Positions 36,870-49,983 are shown, counted from the first letter of the stretch. The stretch: 64,000 nt of DNA from Eledone cirrhosa (GCA_964016885.1 OZ024740.1:249550001-249614000), one strand, 5' to 3'. Notes: generated by a model from the letters alone, not told the origin. Numbers and translations are program-made.

Positions 36870-39410
36870 CATTGAAAAATTTAAAGGATTTACATTCCCA
36901 GATGGAAGAGCAATTAGAGTCATACAATATAGAGGAACAGTGGGAATTCCTGAAAGTCAACCTGTTGAAGGTGACTGATGAACTCTGTGGCTGGAGCAGA
37001 CCATTAGGCAGGAGGAGAGTGACATGGTGGTGGAATAATAAGGTGGAGGAGTTCATCAAGGGCAAAAAGCAGGTGTGGAAAGAATGGCAGGACGGGGGTA
37101 GTAGAAAACTCTATTGGGTAGCTAGGAGAGAAGTTAGACAAGTATACCTTGCAAAGAGGGAAGCAGAGGATAGTAAGTTCAAGCATATTCTACAACGGGA
37201 GGACCAAAGACGTGAGATATTCAGGATTGTGAGACAATGTGTCAAGGAAAATTGTGATATTGTCGGGGAGATGTGTGTCCGTAATGACGATGGTGTACTT
37301 GCCTTCACTGACAGTGATAAGAAGGTAGCTTGGAAGTGTCACTATGAGAGACTACTGAATGTGGCGAATGAAAGCAATAAAGATAGTCTGCCCCACATCG
37401 ATCCAATAGAAGGACCAAGTGTGCAAGTTAATGGTAGTGTAGTAAGTAAGGCAATCAAAAATATGAAGACAGGCAAGGCAGCTGGGCCTTCGGGGATAGT
37501 TGCTGAAATGTTGAAGGTATCTGGAATGGTGGGACATACTATAGTCACCCGGATAGTAAACCAAGTAATACAGAATGGGGTCATACCAAATGACTGGCAT
37601 AGCAGCATCATCATCAACTGTTACAAGGGCAAAGGAGACGCCCTAGATAGAGGAAACTATAGGGGTATTAAATTAGTTTTACCAAGTCATGAAAGTCACA
37701 GAAAAAGTTATTACTCAACTGATTACAGACCAAATTGATCTAGATGAAATGCAGTTTGGGTTTGTGCCAGGTAAAAGTACCATGGATGCTCTTTTCCTTG
37801 TATGGCAATTACAGGAGAAGTACCTAGCTAACAGTAAACCCCTCTATTTAGCTTTTGTTGACCTAGAGAAGGCCTTTGACAGAGTCCCACGCACCTTAAT
37901 CTGGTAGGCTCTTAGAAAACTAGGAGTGGAAGAATGGCTTGTGAGAGCTATACAAGCCATGTATAGAGGAACAGTCAACAAGGTGAGAATTAACAATGAA
38001 TATAGTGATGAATTGAGCTTAATAGTAGGGGTTCACCAGGGCTCTGTTCTTAGCCACCTCCTGTTTATTATTGTCTTACAGGCTATAATAGAGGGGTTTA
38101 AGACTGGCTGCTCATGGGAACTTCTATATGCAGGTGATCTAACTCTCATAGCTGAATCCATGACTGAACTAGAGAGGAAGTTCCAAACATGGAAGCATGG
38201 CCTTGAATCAAAAGGCCTTAAAGTTAACTTGTCTAAGACTAAGGTTCTAGTATGTAGAAAGGAAAATAGGGCACAGGTACCCTCTGGGAAATGGCCATGC
38301 TCAGTGTGTAAGAAAGGAGTGGGCAGAAACTCTATTCCATGTCCTAAATGTAAACTATGGGTACATAAAAGATGTAGTGGGATTAGAGGTAAGCTATCTA
38401 AAAATGTAGATTTTATATGTGGCCGATGCTCAGGTGCAGTAAGTAGCAAGGTCCCACTGGATGCTATCTCCTTCAACTGCCCAGATGGTTCTATAGAAAT
38501 AGTAGACACTTTCCATTAGCTGGGTGATAAAATCAGCAGTGAAGGAGGGTGCTCTGAAATTGCAGTAGCCAGAGTTAGAGCAGGATGGAAAAAGTTCACA
38601 GAGCTAATACCGCTGTTGCCCACAAGGGTTTTTTCTCTAAAAATGAAAGGCAGATTGTATGATGCATGTATACGAATGGCGATATTACATGGTAGTGAGA
38701 CTTCGGCATTGTGTGCTGAAGACCTGCATAAATTAGAAAAAATGAAGCTTGCATGCTCCGATGGATGTGTAATAGTAGTGTGTGCGAAAGGCGAAGCATA
38801 AACGAATTAAGAGGGAGACTAAGCATAAGAGGTATCAAATGTTGTGTTCTGGAGAGGAAATTGCGTTGGTATGGACATGTGATGTGTATGAAGGACAACA
38901 GCTGTATAAAAAAGTGCAGGGCAACGAAAATTGATGGAAGATACGGAGTTGGTAGACCAAGAAAAACCTGGGACAAGTTGATAAAATCTGACCTTGCTCA
39001 CCTACACTTCTCTAAGACAATGACACTGGATTGAGAGCTTTGGTGCCATGCAGTTGTACAGAAGACCCGACTGCCATTGTATACAAGCCTACAGTCAGTA
39101 GGCACCTCTTAACCCAATGTACACCCCACCCCCACACTGCTATCGCGTCCTCCCTCTCTTGTTCTGTCCACTGTGTTGATGACACAACAGTTGACACTGT
39201 AAGGTGGTTGTTTAGGAGACACGGTGAAAAGGCTCCCAGTCCACACTGTAAATGTGGTTGGTGTTAGGAAGGGCATCCAGCTGTAAAAAACCTGCCAGAG
39301 ACGCTTCTGTGCGAGCGAGCCATGGTCTCCCGACAATTCCTGCATCAAATGGAACAAAACCATCTAACTCATGCTAGCGTGGAAGATTGACGTTAAACGA
39401 TGATGATGTT
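36870..39410 (+). mobile_element. RTE LINE, longest RT-containing copy, frameshifted
   Basis: ORFs 36818-37738, 37689-37907, 37926-38519, 38753-39034: TWWWN, KAAGPSGI, NYRGIKL, DLEKAFDRV, LYAGDL (YADD mutated), Cys/His finger, LRWYGHV. Confidence 0.95.
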
Positions 39411-39699
39411 GATAAAATTAGCACTGGGAAGTTGCCAAGTATTTTAAATCAAAAAGACGGGACTGTAAGAACACAGGTTGTCATATACACTGTCATTGTA
39501 CGCCTGTAACAATTATTGATACTGCTCAGATATCATCTGCATGACTCTATACTACATATATTTATTATGAGAGGGGGGAAAATAACTTAAATCTTATGAC
39601 CAGCTCCAAACCAGTCAGATCTTCCTATATTTGTTAATAAACACACTATATATCTTAATTTTTTTCTCATAATCATCTTCTAGGTTAACCTTATAGATA

Positions 39700-39761
39700 A
39701 TGTGTTCCATAGAAACCAAAGTTCATGAAGAGCAGCACCTGATCAACAGTACTGCACTCAA
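39700..39761 (+). CDS. candidate first coding exon of an unknown host gene (exon 39684-39761; MCSIETKVHEEQHLINSTAL, phase 2)
   Basis: Acceptor ttttttctcataatcatcttctAG|, ATG at 39700 preceded by an in-frame TAG, donor AA|GTATGT; unique sequence between repeats. No downstream exon identified. Confidence 0.4.
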
Positions 39762-40373
39762 GTATGTTGGCTTTCTAAGAGCAACACCCACATACATGTT
39801 TTTTATATCATTGAGATTATTCTATGTTACTACTCTTAGTTTTGCTGATTGTTGCTGATCAGCGGCAATCTGTAAAACTCAAAGTAACAGCAGAGTTTAA
39901 TCTTACTAATACAATATATATAATTGTTTCTACTTTTGGCACAAGGCCAGCAATTATCCAGTGCATTACTGGTAATATTCTCTATTTTGGTTCGGACCAC
40001 TTTTTCCTTGTGTTGTAAATCAAAATGTACAGACCTCTCTCTCTCTCTCTCTCTCTCTCCCTCTCTCTTTTTCCTTGAGCAAGACACTTTATTTCACATT
40101 GCTCCAGTTTACTCAGCTGTAGAAATGAGATGATAGGACTGGGGTCCCTATCATTCTACTGCAAAGTGGTCGTGGAGGTGCCACGGCAAAAAAGCACCCA
40201 GCACTCACTGTAAATGAGGTTGGTGTTACAAAGGGCATCCAGCTGTAGAAATCAAGCCAGAATCAGTTCTCGTATGAGCAAGACAAGGTCAGCCGACCGG
40301 CCAATGCCCACAACAGGACAACCCGTCTAAGCCATGCTAGTGTGGAAGACCGGACGTAAAACGGTGATGATGA

Positions 40374-40419
<46 letters not shown>

Positions 40420-40423
<4 letters not shown>

Positions 40424-42480
40424 TCATCATCATTTAATGTTCATCTTCCATGCTAGCATGGGTAGGACAGGCTGTCCCTTTGTGAGGGATCAGATTGGGG
40501 GACCATGAATTTGCTCACACAGAACTGATTTTGGCTTGGTTTCTACGGCTGGATGCCCTTCCTAACGCCAACCACATTTACAATGTGTGCAGGGTGCCTT
40601 TTGCCATGTCGCCTACATGACCACTTTACAGCATGGACTGAGTGCTTTTGTCGTGACAACTACATGACCATTTTACAGTGTGGACTGGGTGCTTTTTGTT
40701 GTGGCACCTACATCACCACTATAATGTATGCTGGGTTCTTTTGTTGTGGCTCCAGGGGGGATCACTTTATAGAGGAGGTTGGAAACTTGGGAGGGGTGTG
40801 GAAGATGCTTTTGGAAATTGGGGACGTAGGTATAAGGGAGGGGAATGGTAGGGAATGGTGTTGCCAACTCGGTATATGCCTCAGCCCGAGAATAATAGAG
40901 GGCGAGTCTTCTGTAATACTTCATAGCACCAGAGGTCATGGTCCTGAGTCATCTCCTTAGTGAGATGTAATTGAGCAAAGACAGCTCTTATTATCTCATC
41001 CCAAGTATTCCTAAGCCTGCCTACTTCATGGCTACCATCAATTTTGAGCGCTCTGCACCTTTTTATACAGCAGTCACCCTTTGTACGCACCATATGTCCA
41101 TTCCAAGGCAATCTCCTCTCCTGCACACAACATCTGATCCCTCTTATGTCTAATTTCTGGTTCATTTATGCTTTGCCATTCGTTTATGTTGCTATTGCAC
41201 ATCCTTCAAAGCATGGAGGCTTAATTTCTTTCCAATCTTCACAGGTCCTCTGCACACAGAGCCCAGGTCTCACTGCTGTGCAACATAGTTCTTCTTATAC
41301 ATGCATCATACAGTCTGTCTTTCATATTGAGGGAAAAACCTTTTGTAGTTAGCAGTGGTTGTAGATCCCTGATGTTTCTCCAACCCAATCTCACTCTGGC
41401 TACTGTACTTTCAGAACACCCTCCCCCACTGCTAATTTGGTCACCCAGGTAACAGAAGCTATCTACCACTTCTATAGAGCCCTTTGGGCATTTGAAGGTG
41501 ATTGTATCCTGAGAGCTCTTGCTACTTATTGCTCCTGTGCACCGATCGCATTTACTGGATCCAACTGGATCCAACTACACCTCTTGTGTAGTGAGAGCTT
41601 GCACTTGGGACATAGAATCTAATTTCTACCTACTCCTTTTACTGCACACTGAGCAGATCCATTTCCCAGAGGAGATCTGGGACCTGTTTTCCCTTCTACT
41701 TACTAGAACTTTAGTCTTTGCTAAGTTGACTTTAAGACCTTTACATTCTAGGCCGTGCTTCCAGGTTTGGAATTTCATCTCTAATTCAGCTATAGATACA
41801 ACTATAAGGGTTAGGTCATCAGCATACAGGAGTTCCCATGGGCAGCCAGTCATAAACTCCTCCGTTATTGCCTGCAAGACAATAATAAACAGGAGGGGGC
41901 TAAGAACTGAGCCTTGGTGGACACCAACCTGCACACTAAATTCTTTGCTATAGTCATTGTTAAGTTAATTCTGACCTTGCTGACTGTTCTTCTGTACGTG
42001 GCTTGTATTGCCCTCACAAGCCACTCTTCTACACCTAGTTTTCTAATAACCCACCAGATAATGGAATGGGGGGACTCTGTCAAAAGCTTTCTCCAGGTCT
42101 ACAAAAGCCAAGCAGAGGGGTTTACTCTTAGCTAGGTACTTCTCCTGTAGTTGTCTTCCAAGGAGAAGGCATCTGTGGTACTTTTACCTAGTACAAACCT
42201 AAACTGCATCTCATCTCTGTGAACTCGAGCTGAGCTATGATTTTTTCAGTGCCTTCATAACCTAGTCAACCAACTTAATCTTATAGCCGGTCTCTCTGTT
42301 GGGACGACATGAGTTAAATGTCTTCATCCCATGCATTCTCCTCATTCAGTAATCTTTCATAGTGGCACTTCTATGCTACCTTCTTTTCAGCATCAGTGAG
42401 GGCAAGTTCACCAAAATCATTTCAGATACACTTTTCCCCACCGACATCACAATTATCCCTGACACACTGTCTAATGATCC
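40420..42480 (-). mobile_element. RTE LINE, decayed
   Basis: GVHQGSVLSPLLF, ELLYADDL, VDSFCYLGD; 3' UTR with tandem units and a (GAT)n tail. Confidence 0.92.
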
Positions 42481-42544
42481 TGTGTGTGTATATATATACA
42501 TGTGATATTGTCAGATGGGAGAATGAGTACTTAATACTGAAGTA

Positions 42545-42601
42545 GAGTCTTGTCTGATGATCCTGTGAGTAGAGAGGTGGAACTTGAGAGTAACAAGACT
42601 C
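42545..42601 (+). ncRNA. type I hammerhead ribozyme motif with one core mutation
   Basis: GAGTCTTGT-CTGATGA-TCCT..AGG-TG-GAA-CT-TGAG-AG-TA-ACAAGACTC: perfect 9-bp stem I; GAAA box reads GGAA. Confidence 0.65.
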
Positions 42602-42637
42602 ATTACTTAGCCAAAATAATAAATTATATATATATAA

Positions 42638-42743
42638 ATTATGAATCATACTCTTGAAACTTTATAACACTACCTTAGGTTCATTGGTTAGCCATGAAAA
42701 CCTAAGATAGTGTTATAAAATCCTGAGTGTATGATTCATAATA
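42638..42743. repeat. ~105-bp imperfect palindrome next to the hammerhead motif
   Basis: ATTATGAATCATACTC..TTTATAACACTACCTTAGGTT / AACCTAAGATAGTGTTATAAA..GTGTATGATTCATAAT. Confidence 0.85.
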
Positions 42744-43289
42744 AATTAGCTCTGTTTAAAGCACTTTTTTCTTTTTCTTGACTCTCTTGTTATATACATA
42801 TAAATGCATCAACATTATTACCATCACTGTCCTGTCTGTTCTCTATGCTCTCATGAGTTGGATGGGTCATCACGCTTTAATAATAATAACCACATCTTGT
42901 TCATATATTCAATTTTGGCATCGTTTTTATAGCTGGATGCCCTTTCTAAGGCCAACGACTTTACTGAATAGACTAGGTGCATTTTATCATGGCACCAGCA
43001 CTACTATTTTCCAGTGCAGACTGAGTGCATTTTTTTCATGGCACTACCACTTTACAGAGTGCACTGGGTACATTTTATCGTGGTACCAACACTAGAGCGA
43101 TTATTGTGTCCTCAGTCAAGCTGTGATGAGAGCATGGCAGAAATGGCACTGTGTGTGGTGGAGCATGTAATGGCAGCTGCATGTTGATTGCTGAAAGCGA
43201 TTCCTCATTCAAAAAGAGAAAAAGTAAGAGTGAGAACAAGTGTTAATAGAGGCCATGAAGAGATGGATTGACAATGGGCAGCTTGAAGT

Positions 43290-45760
43290 TCTTCTTGTCA
43301 TGTGACATATGCACAATAGCTAGAGAGGCAGTTCAAGACTAGTGAGCCAGACCAAGGTGCATTTGCAGCATTATGGATTGCTTCCAGGCCACCTGGAAAA
43401 TGTCTGAGCAGATAATCTTGAATAACATGCTGCACCATCTGGTCATCCCCACAGTTCCATACTGTCTTTCATTTTCCATTGATTGAGATGATGGGCTGTC
43501 CTTGCATATGTTGTGCGAATCCGATTAAGGGACACCCATTGCTTTCTGGGAAGGTGAAAGCCTGCTCATTTAGATGTGGGGTCTTGGACGAGGTTGGCAA
43601 ATTCAGACTCATTCCATGATCTTCACTACTCTTCCTTCAGATCAAATTTATTGTCTTGGAGGCTCTTCATTGATTCCCAGAATGGTTTGTGTGATTTCAA
43701 GCGCATATTGGGAAGATTTTCCAGGTCTTCATGGATGAGAAGGTTGAACTTGAACTTAGTGAGAAGTGCTGTTTCACAGATCATCCCCTGATGCCACATG
43801 TGGGAAGGAGTTATATGAGAAAGGGTAGGTTGAACTTGCTTGACCTCTTAGTGACACTCTGAATCTTCTGTTACTGAGTATGGAGGCAAAGATATTCATA
43901 GTTACCTGGTACTTGATGGTATGACAGGCCTTCAGAAGGAGGCCACATCTCCATACAGTATCATATGCAGAAGAGAGGTCAACCAGAGTAACCCCTGTCT
44001 TGAGACCTCATTGCTAGCCAAACTCGATGAAAGTAGTGAGGGCGAGGACTTGATCAGTGCAACTCCTTTGTAGTCTGAAGTTTGCTTGCTCCTTAGGCAG
44101 GGTTGGTTCTACTAAACAGCCAAGCCTAATCAAGAGGAGCTGCTCAAATAGCTTGTAAGAGGTACAAAAAAGAGAGATTGGCCGGTAGTTTGCAGGATCC
44201 TCTGCAGGTTTCCTGAATTTCAGAATGGTGATGACTTTGGCTTCTCTCCAAATCTTTAGGATAACTCCAGTTGAAGAGAGAAGCCAGTCAGTGTTGGGCA
44301 TTTGGACTGAGGTTCTTAAGGAATTGAGGATAGATGCCATCAATGCCTGCTGCCTTTGGTCGATGAAAGGCCAGTATCTATTTCACTTATGATGCAAGGT
44401 CTAGCAAGTGGGGTATGCTTCAGTGAAGATGAGTAGGCTACTGAGAGATTCTTATAGACTTTTTGGCATTCCTCCTTGGCTGAAGGTACCTAGGAGTTGA
44501 GAAGTAAGCCTGATGCAACTGCATTAGAAGTTACTTTTGGTGGTTGGTGCTGAACAGGAGATGCTGCACCAAGTTGCATGAAGAGATTCCATGCTTTCCT
44601 ACTAGAGTGAGTGAAAACCAACTCTTCCACCGTTTTCTGCCAGTGTGTTTATCTAGCTGAGTCAAGAGAGTCTAAGAGTTCTGTAGCAATGTCTAGATCA
44701 CTTGAGGCCTCATAGCTCTTGAGAAGCTCTTCAGACTCTGGGATCCAGCATGGGGTGTAAGATTGACAGAAAACCCATGGGGTGTGTTTCTTGACAGTAT
44801 AATTCTTGGAAATAGGTTCCAAGTTGATGATTTGTTCCTCTACCACTGAGCTGAAGTATTCCCAATCAGCTTTCCTGAAGTTCCACCATGGCAGTGGCTC
44901 GGATTGTATAACAGGAATCTCTATGCTAATGTGTATCACAGGTGATCTTTGTTGGCCGTGGGGGAAGTGAGGGAGTATATTGTGAGAAGCTTGAACAAGA
45001 CATCTATTGATTGATTTGGAGCACTAGCAGAGGTCTGGGTTGTAATCCATTTTCCAGTGACTAAAATGGAACGTGCCTGGTTGTTTGACATGACGGAGAA
45101 GATAGCGGTCATAGGCTAAAGCCCATGCCACCAACTGTTTTCCAGCCTCGTTGTTTATGGCATAGCCCCATGAAGAATGGTAACTGTTGAAGTTACCAGC
45201 ATGCAGCTCCAGATGGGAGTGGACTTTCAGAGCAGATGAAGACCAAGTACTTCTCCGTGGCTTGGACACATTAGTGATGGTGAGGTCCCTGACTCTCACA
45301 TTAACGATAAATATGTCATCTCTGCAGGATTTCTCAAGAACAGAAAATTCTGTAATAGCGTTCCTGATGTAAGTGGCAACATCGTATTTCGAGAGGTGTA
45401 CTGCGACAATGAGCTTGTACCCATAGACATAAAGCTTACAGCAGATCTCGACATCACCAATACGGGCTCCTTGTACTAATATGACATCCATGTCAAGATC
45501 TTTTGTTGTTTTAGCCAGATAGTCACATTTCACTCTCAACATACCTTCTGCGTAGAGTTTTCCCAATATGTTGGGAAGGCTGGCCCTTAGAAGAGCTGTT
45601 GGGTGATGACTCAAAAGAATCATGATCAAAAGGATTTTGACAACAAAGCAAGTTGATTGTACAAGGTGTGCATATATCAAGCAATGGCATTAATTGGAAT
45701 GAATTCCCTACAGGGTGGAGCACATGAAGGTTGCTATCTCCCACCCCATCTTGAAGTGAG
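43290..45760 (-). mobile_element. APE-type LINE (Daphne/Jockey-group-like), internally deleted and decayed
   Basis: AGNFNSYHSSWGY, TFHFSHWKMDYNPDLC, WNFRKADW, NYRPISL, SCTDQVLALTTFIE; C-terminal LNRIRT and CGDDQMVQHV remnants. Clade assignment tentative. Confidence 0.8.
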
Positions 45761-45959
45761 AGTAAGGAAGCAGGATAAATTCATATGACTAGTGGATATA
45801 TATATAGGATACTTCTCTTTTTGAGGGCAGAATCTTTCGGTGAGTATAGGGTGGATATCCTTTGTTTATATCCTACATAAATAATATTCAATGTGCGAAT
45901 ATCAGTATCTTACTTAAAAAAGCAAGTATGGGTTGGTGTCAGGAAGGACATTCAACCAT

Positions 45960-46385
45960 ATAGTTTTCTTTTTAAAGATATTGCAATCCCCTTCTGGCAT
46001 ATCCGTCTTCAAGCCCCTTCCACTCCTTGTCTATTGCCTTTTTTGTCCTTACCGGCCTTGCATCTTCCTTGATCACTTTCATGTATTCTTCGATATTGTC
46101 CCTCTATCTCCTGTCCCCGCTTCTTTCCTTTCATGAAATTAACATTTTTCATCCATCTATTGTCCTTTATTCTGGCTAAATGTTAAGAGACCTGAGGTTT
46201 GCAGATGACATAGCAATCCTCACAAATACAGTTAGGAAATTAGAAAGATAAATAAAAAAAAAATCAAGCAAATAAAAAAGTGGGGTTGACCATACATAAG
46301 GGAGACAATTAGGTATATGGAAAGCTGCAGCATTCAGGAAGAGATAAAGATAGAAGACACTGTAATAGAGAAAGTAATTATTTAG
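45960..46385. mobile_element. third RTE family fragment with an internal inversion
   Basis: Minus 46185 to ~45960: HLARIKDNRWMK (C-terminus); plus 46190-46385: LRFADDIAIL...IEKV (RT). Confidence 0.65.
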
Positions 46386-46984
46386 TTATAGAACATATTT
46401 AGTCTCTCTCTCTCTCAATAAAAAAAAAAATTAATATGTCTATATGAAAAAGCAGACACAAAAATGATGACAATGATGATTGGTACAAGAATAGATTAAA
46501 AACTAGAAAACAAAATCAGTTTTAAGAGGTTAAGTTTTACCAGGAACCCCATATTAATGGTTTTGCAAAATCTATTGGAGATTTAAAAGAGGACATGAAG
46601 TGGATACTATTAATACAACTAAAATAGTGACTGGTATCAGATAATGAAGCTCTGCTATCAAGATGTGACTCAGCCTGCATGCCTCCTCACAGCTCTCCAT
46701 TGCTCTCTCATCACCTCTCTCCCTGTTATTGATTTCAGTAAGCTTATTTTCACAATGACAACCCAGAAGAAGGCACACATTTGAAAGCTATCATCTAGTC
46801 TTACAAAGCAATTTAGAATAATTTCTATTCAGCAAGCTATCTTCTCTTATCTCAGTTTGATCCTGTCATATAAATACATGTATAAATATACACATGAATG
46901 TATGTATGTATGTATGTGTACGTATGTATGTCAGGCCGCTCTTCAGCGCTACTGGTATATGTATATACATATATATATATACAT

Positions 46985-47528
46985 GTCAGGTTGCTTTTCA
47001 GTGCTACTGGTAACTTGTAACCAAGTACAAACTGAGCATGGTCAGATTGTTGGCAACTAAACCAGCAACCCCATCAAGCTTGCTTGGTGAGGAGGGTGAA
47101 TTTGGACACCTGCTGGATGAAAAACAAAACCCGTCAAAGGACAGAGGAACTCAGGAGAGTCAACAGCCATCCAATGAGTTTTTTTTTTGTGGAGTGTGAG
47201 GCTCCTAGCCTTCATTAAGACAGCTCTCTAGGAGAAGATCACTCTGATATAAAACCTGTGACTTCGTTTGCATCCAATGATTTTGATCAGTTCTTTTGGG
47301 GCAAATGCATTTGATGTTCAGAGAGTGGGGTTGGCCTTTGTGCAAAGCCTTTCCTCGCTTAAAAAAGTTTCAAGCACAGGCATCGTTTGATATGTGACAT
47401 TTTTTTGTGATGCATGGTATTGCTGGCCATAGGCAAGTCCCCGGCAGGACTAAAAAGCCACACCCATGATGTTCATGCTTAAGTATTAAGCGATGGCATT
47501 GCTAGAAATTGAGTTGCAGCCATCATGT
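46985..47528 (+). mobile_element. short non-coding element sharing its 5' ~195 bp with the 5' UTR of the second RTE family
   Basis: GTGCTACTGGTAAC.TGTAACC.AGTACAA..ACTAAACCAGCA..CTTGCTTGGTGAGGAG..GATGAAAAACAAAAC matches the reverse complement of 27840-28035; ends GCCATCAT. Confidence 0.7.
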
Positions 47529-47611
47529 ATGTATGTGTGTGTGTGTGTGTGTTAAAGCCTCTTGAAATGTGTTTGCCATCATTCCTTTAGTATATAACTA
47601 TTATGCAATAT

Positions 47612-47669
47612 ACACCTGATGATATCACCAGGTTCATATGTAACCTGGCCACTGAAATGTGCATAGTGT
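47612..47669 (+). ncRNA. type I minimal hammerhead ribozyme motif
   Basis: ACAC-CTGATGA-tatca[CCAGGTT catatgt AACCTGG]ccact-GAAA-TGTGCA-TA-GTGT; both core boxes intact, near-palindromic stem III, base of stem II mismatched. Confidence 0.6.
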
Positions 47670-47782
47670 TTGCAAAAATGTGAAGGAATGCTATATTAAG
47701 GAAACTGGATAGCATCAAGCTTCTCTCATCTTTACTGGAATCTATATTGAAAAACGCCATTATCAATATAAATATATATATA

Positions 47783-49755
47783 TAGGGAAAAAGTGGAATT
47801 GGAAATAACACGAAAAGTATATTTAAAGGGTCCGTTTTTCTTTTTTTTCTTCTTTGATTCATCTAAGTGAAAAAATGAGAGGAACAATTTAAAAAAAAAA
47901 AGGAGGTTTATAATGTATATAAAATATATAAAATATAACCGGTTTCGATGTATAGGTGTTAACCATCTTGTCAAATGTTGAGTATTACAATTAAAAAGAA
48001 TTAAAAAGAATTTTTGATTCTTTTAAATTCTTTTTAATTGTAATACTCAACATTTGATAAGATGGATTACACTGATACATCGAAACCGGTTATATTTCAT
48101 ATACACTAGCAGAATGGCCCGGCGTTGCTCGGGATTCTAAACATAGATTGGCATGTTTATCCCTCCTTTCTGAAACAGATTCGTCGTATGTTCACCAATT
48201 GATGCAGAAGTCCTAATAAAAAGTGAAGTCGCCTTGGGTCAATAGGCAAATAATTTTCCATTAAGATTTTTCAAAAGCATGTAATTGCGTTCCCTCTCTT
48301 TTTTGTTGTTGTTTTTGCTGCTCTCGAGCCTAGTGAAATAAATACGTTTGTTTATATTTTGTTATTGTGTATGCAAAAAATCTGTACACGAATATATAAT
48401 TATATATATATATTAAAATAACAGATTAAAGTTTAAGCAAAGAATCGCTTAACGGGATCTTCTGAAACTAAAAAAATCAATCTGTGAACGCAGAAGTAAA
48501 TATTTAGAAAAGCGTTACACACTGTATGTATATATATACACACACACTATATATACATATATACACACACACACAGATAGCAAAGTCAATGTCGTAATGC
48601 AGACAGCCAGACAGATATTATAAGGACGAAACAGTACAGAGAAGTACGGAATACCAAAAATATCTGTACACGAATATATAATTATATATATATAAAAGAA
48701 TCGCTGCTTAACGGGATCTTCTGAAAGTAAAAAATCAATCTGTGAACGGAGAAGTAAATATTTTGAAAAACGTTACAACCGAAGGAAAACAGGAAGACGT
48801 TACTTTGGGTCGTGAAGACATTCCTTGGCAATGAATGGAAAATAGCGAACATAATACGTCAGCAATGAGAAGAATATATATATATATATACACACACTAT
48901 ATATACATATATATACACACACAGACAGATAGCGAAGTCATAATGTCGTAATGCAGACAGCCAGACATACAGACATATATTATAAGGGCGCAACGTTCCG
49001 GCGCCTAATGCGATCCCTACAGCATTGAAAATTTGAAATATCTTTTGCTCAAAACACTCACACAACCATAAGTATTACACGTGTAAAGTTTGAAAACAAT
49101 CGGTTGGGTAGTTCTCGAGTTTTAGGGCGACAGACAGACAGACATTCTCTGTTTTAGATATATAGACAAGGCCAGCAATTACCCAGTACATTACTGGTAC
49201 TTTATTTTATCGACCCCGTGAGGATGAAAGGCAAAGTTAACCTCGGCGGTATTTGAACCCAGACCGTAAAGGGACGTAACTCCATGCTATGAAGCATGGT
49301 GTCCGACTCTCTACAGATTCTGCCAATCCACCGCCCTAATGTCTGTACGTAATGAGGGAGTGAGAAGGGAGAGAAAGAAAGGCAGAGCTGAAGTGACTCT
49401 CTCCTCCTCCTCCTCCCCCATCTCCCCATTCGTCACAGCGATAGAGGGGAGGAATGTTAGTGTGTTACAAAGAGAAAGAGTGAGAGTGAGAGAAACAGAC
49501 AGACTAAAAGAGAGGGATAGCTGGAGAGAGAGAGAGAGATAGCAACCACACGCGCACGTGTTTCCACTGTCGGACAGACAGACAGAGAAATTGGTGGTTA
49601 TATATTATAAGGAGATTATAAAACTCCTTTTTTAAAAAAAAATTGATCCTCTCATTTTTTCAATAATGTCACTTTGACGAATCAGAGAAAAAAAGAAAAA
49701 AAGATCCTTTAAATATACTTTTCGTGCTATTTCCAATTCCACTTTTTCCGCTATA
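47783..49755. repeat. ~230-bp-arm palindrome whose right arm is split by a Helitron insertion; carries a decayed hammerhead (48049-48096)
   Basis: Left arm 47783-48015; right arm 48016-48105 plus 49616-49755. AACAT-TTGATAA-GATG..CATC-GAAA-CCGG-TT-ATATT. Confidence 0.85.
48106..49615 (-). mobile_element. composite non-autonomous Helitron with a nested SINE (49167-49335) and internal duplications
   Basis: Minus strand 5' TC (49615; a second 5' end at 49166) with (TCTG)n; 3' hairpin CCCGAGCAACGCCGGG..CTAG; inserted between A and T. Confidence 0.85.
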
Positions 49756-49894
49756 ATCTCTGTTTTGTATAGAACCTTACTCCTTTTTCAAATATATATA
49801 TATATATATTTATAATGAAGCAAGTGTGGTAAGGAATCAGGTGGACCATAATGAGCCAGATTACTCGATACTTAGGGTAGTAGAGTGGGTAATA

Positions 49895-49983
49895 GGAAAA
49901 GAGTCAGGACCCCGATGGCTGAGCTCTGGCCGTTTCGACAGCTAGATCTAGCTGTTGAAACGGCCGGAGGTCCTGACTCTTTT

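Noticed and set aside
46628-46737. Open frame ending at a GTAAGC donor, phase-compatible with the 39761 exon
   Set aside because: The acceptor lacks a pyrimidine tract (ACAACTAAAATAG) and no homology was recognised; too weak to call.
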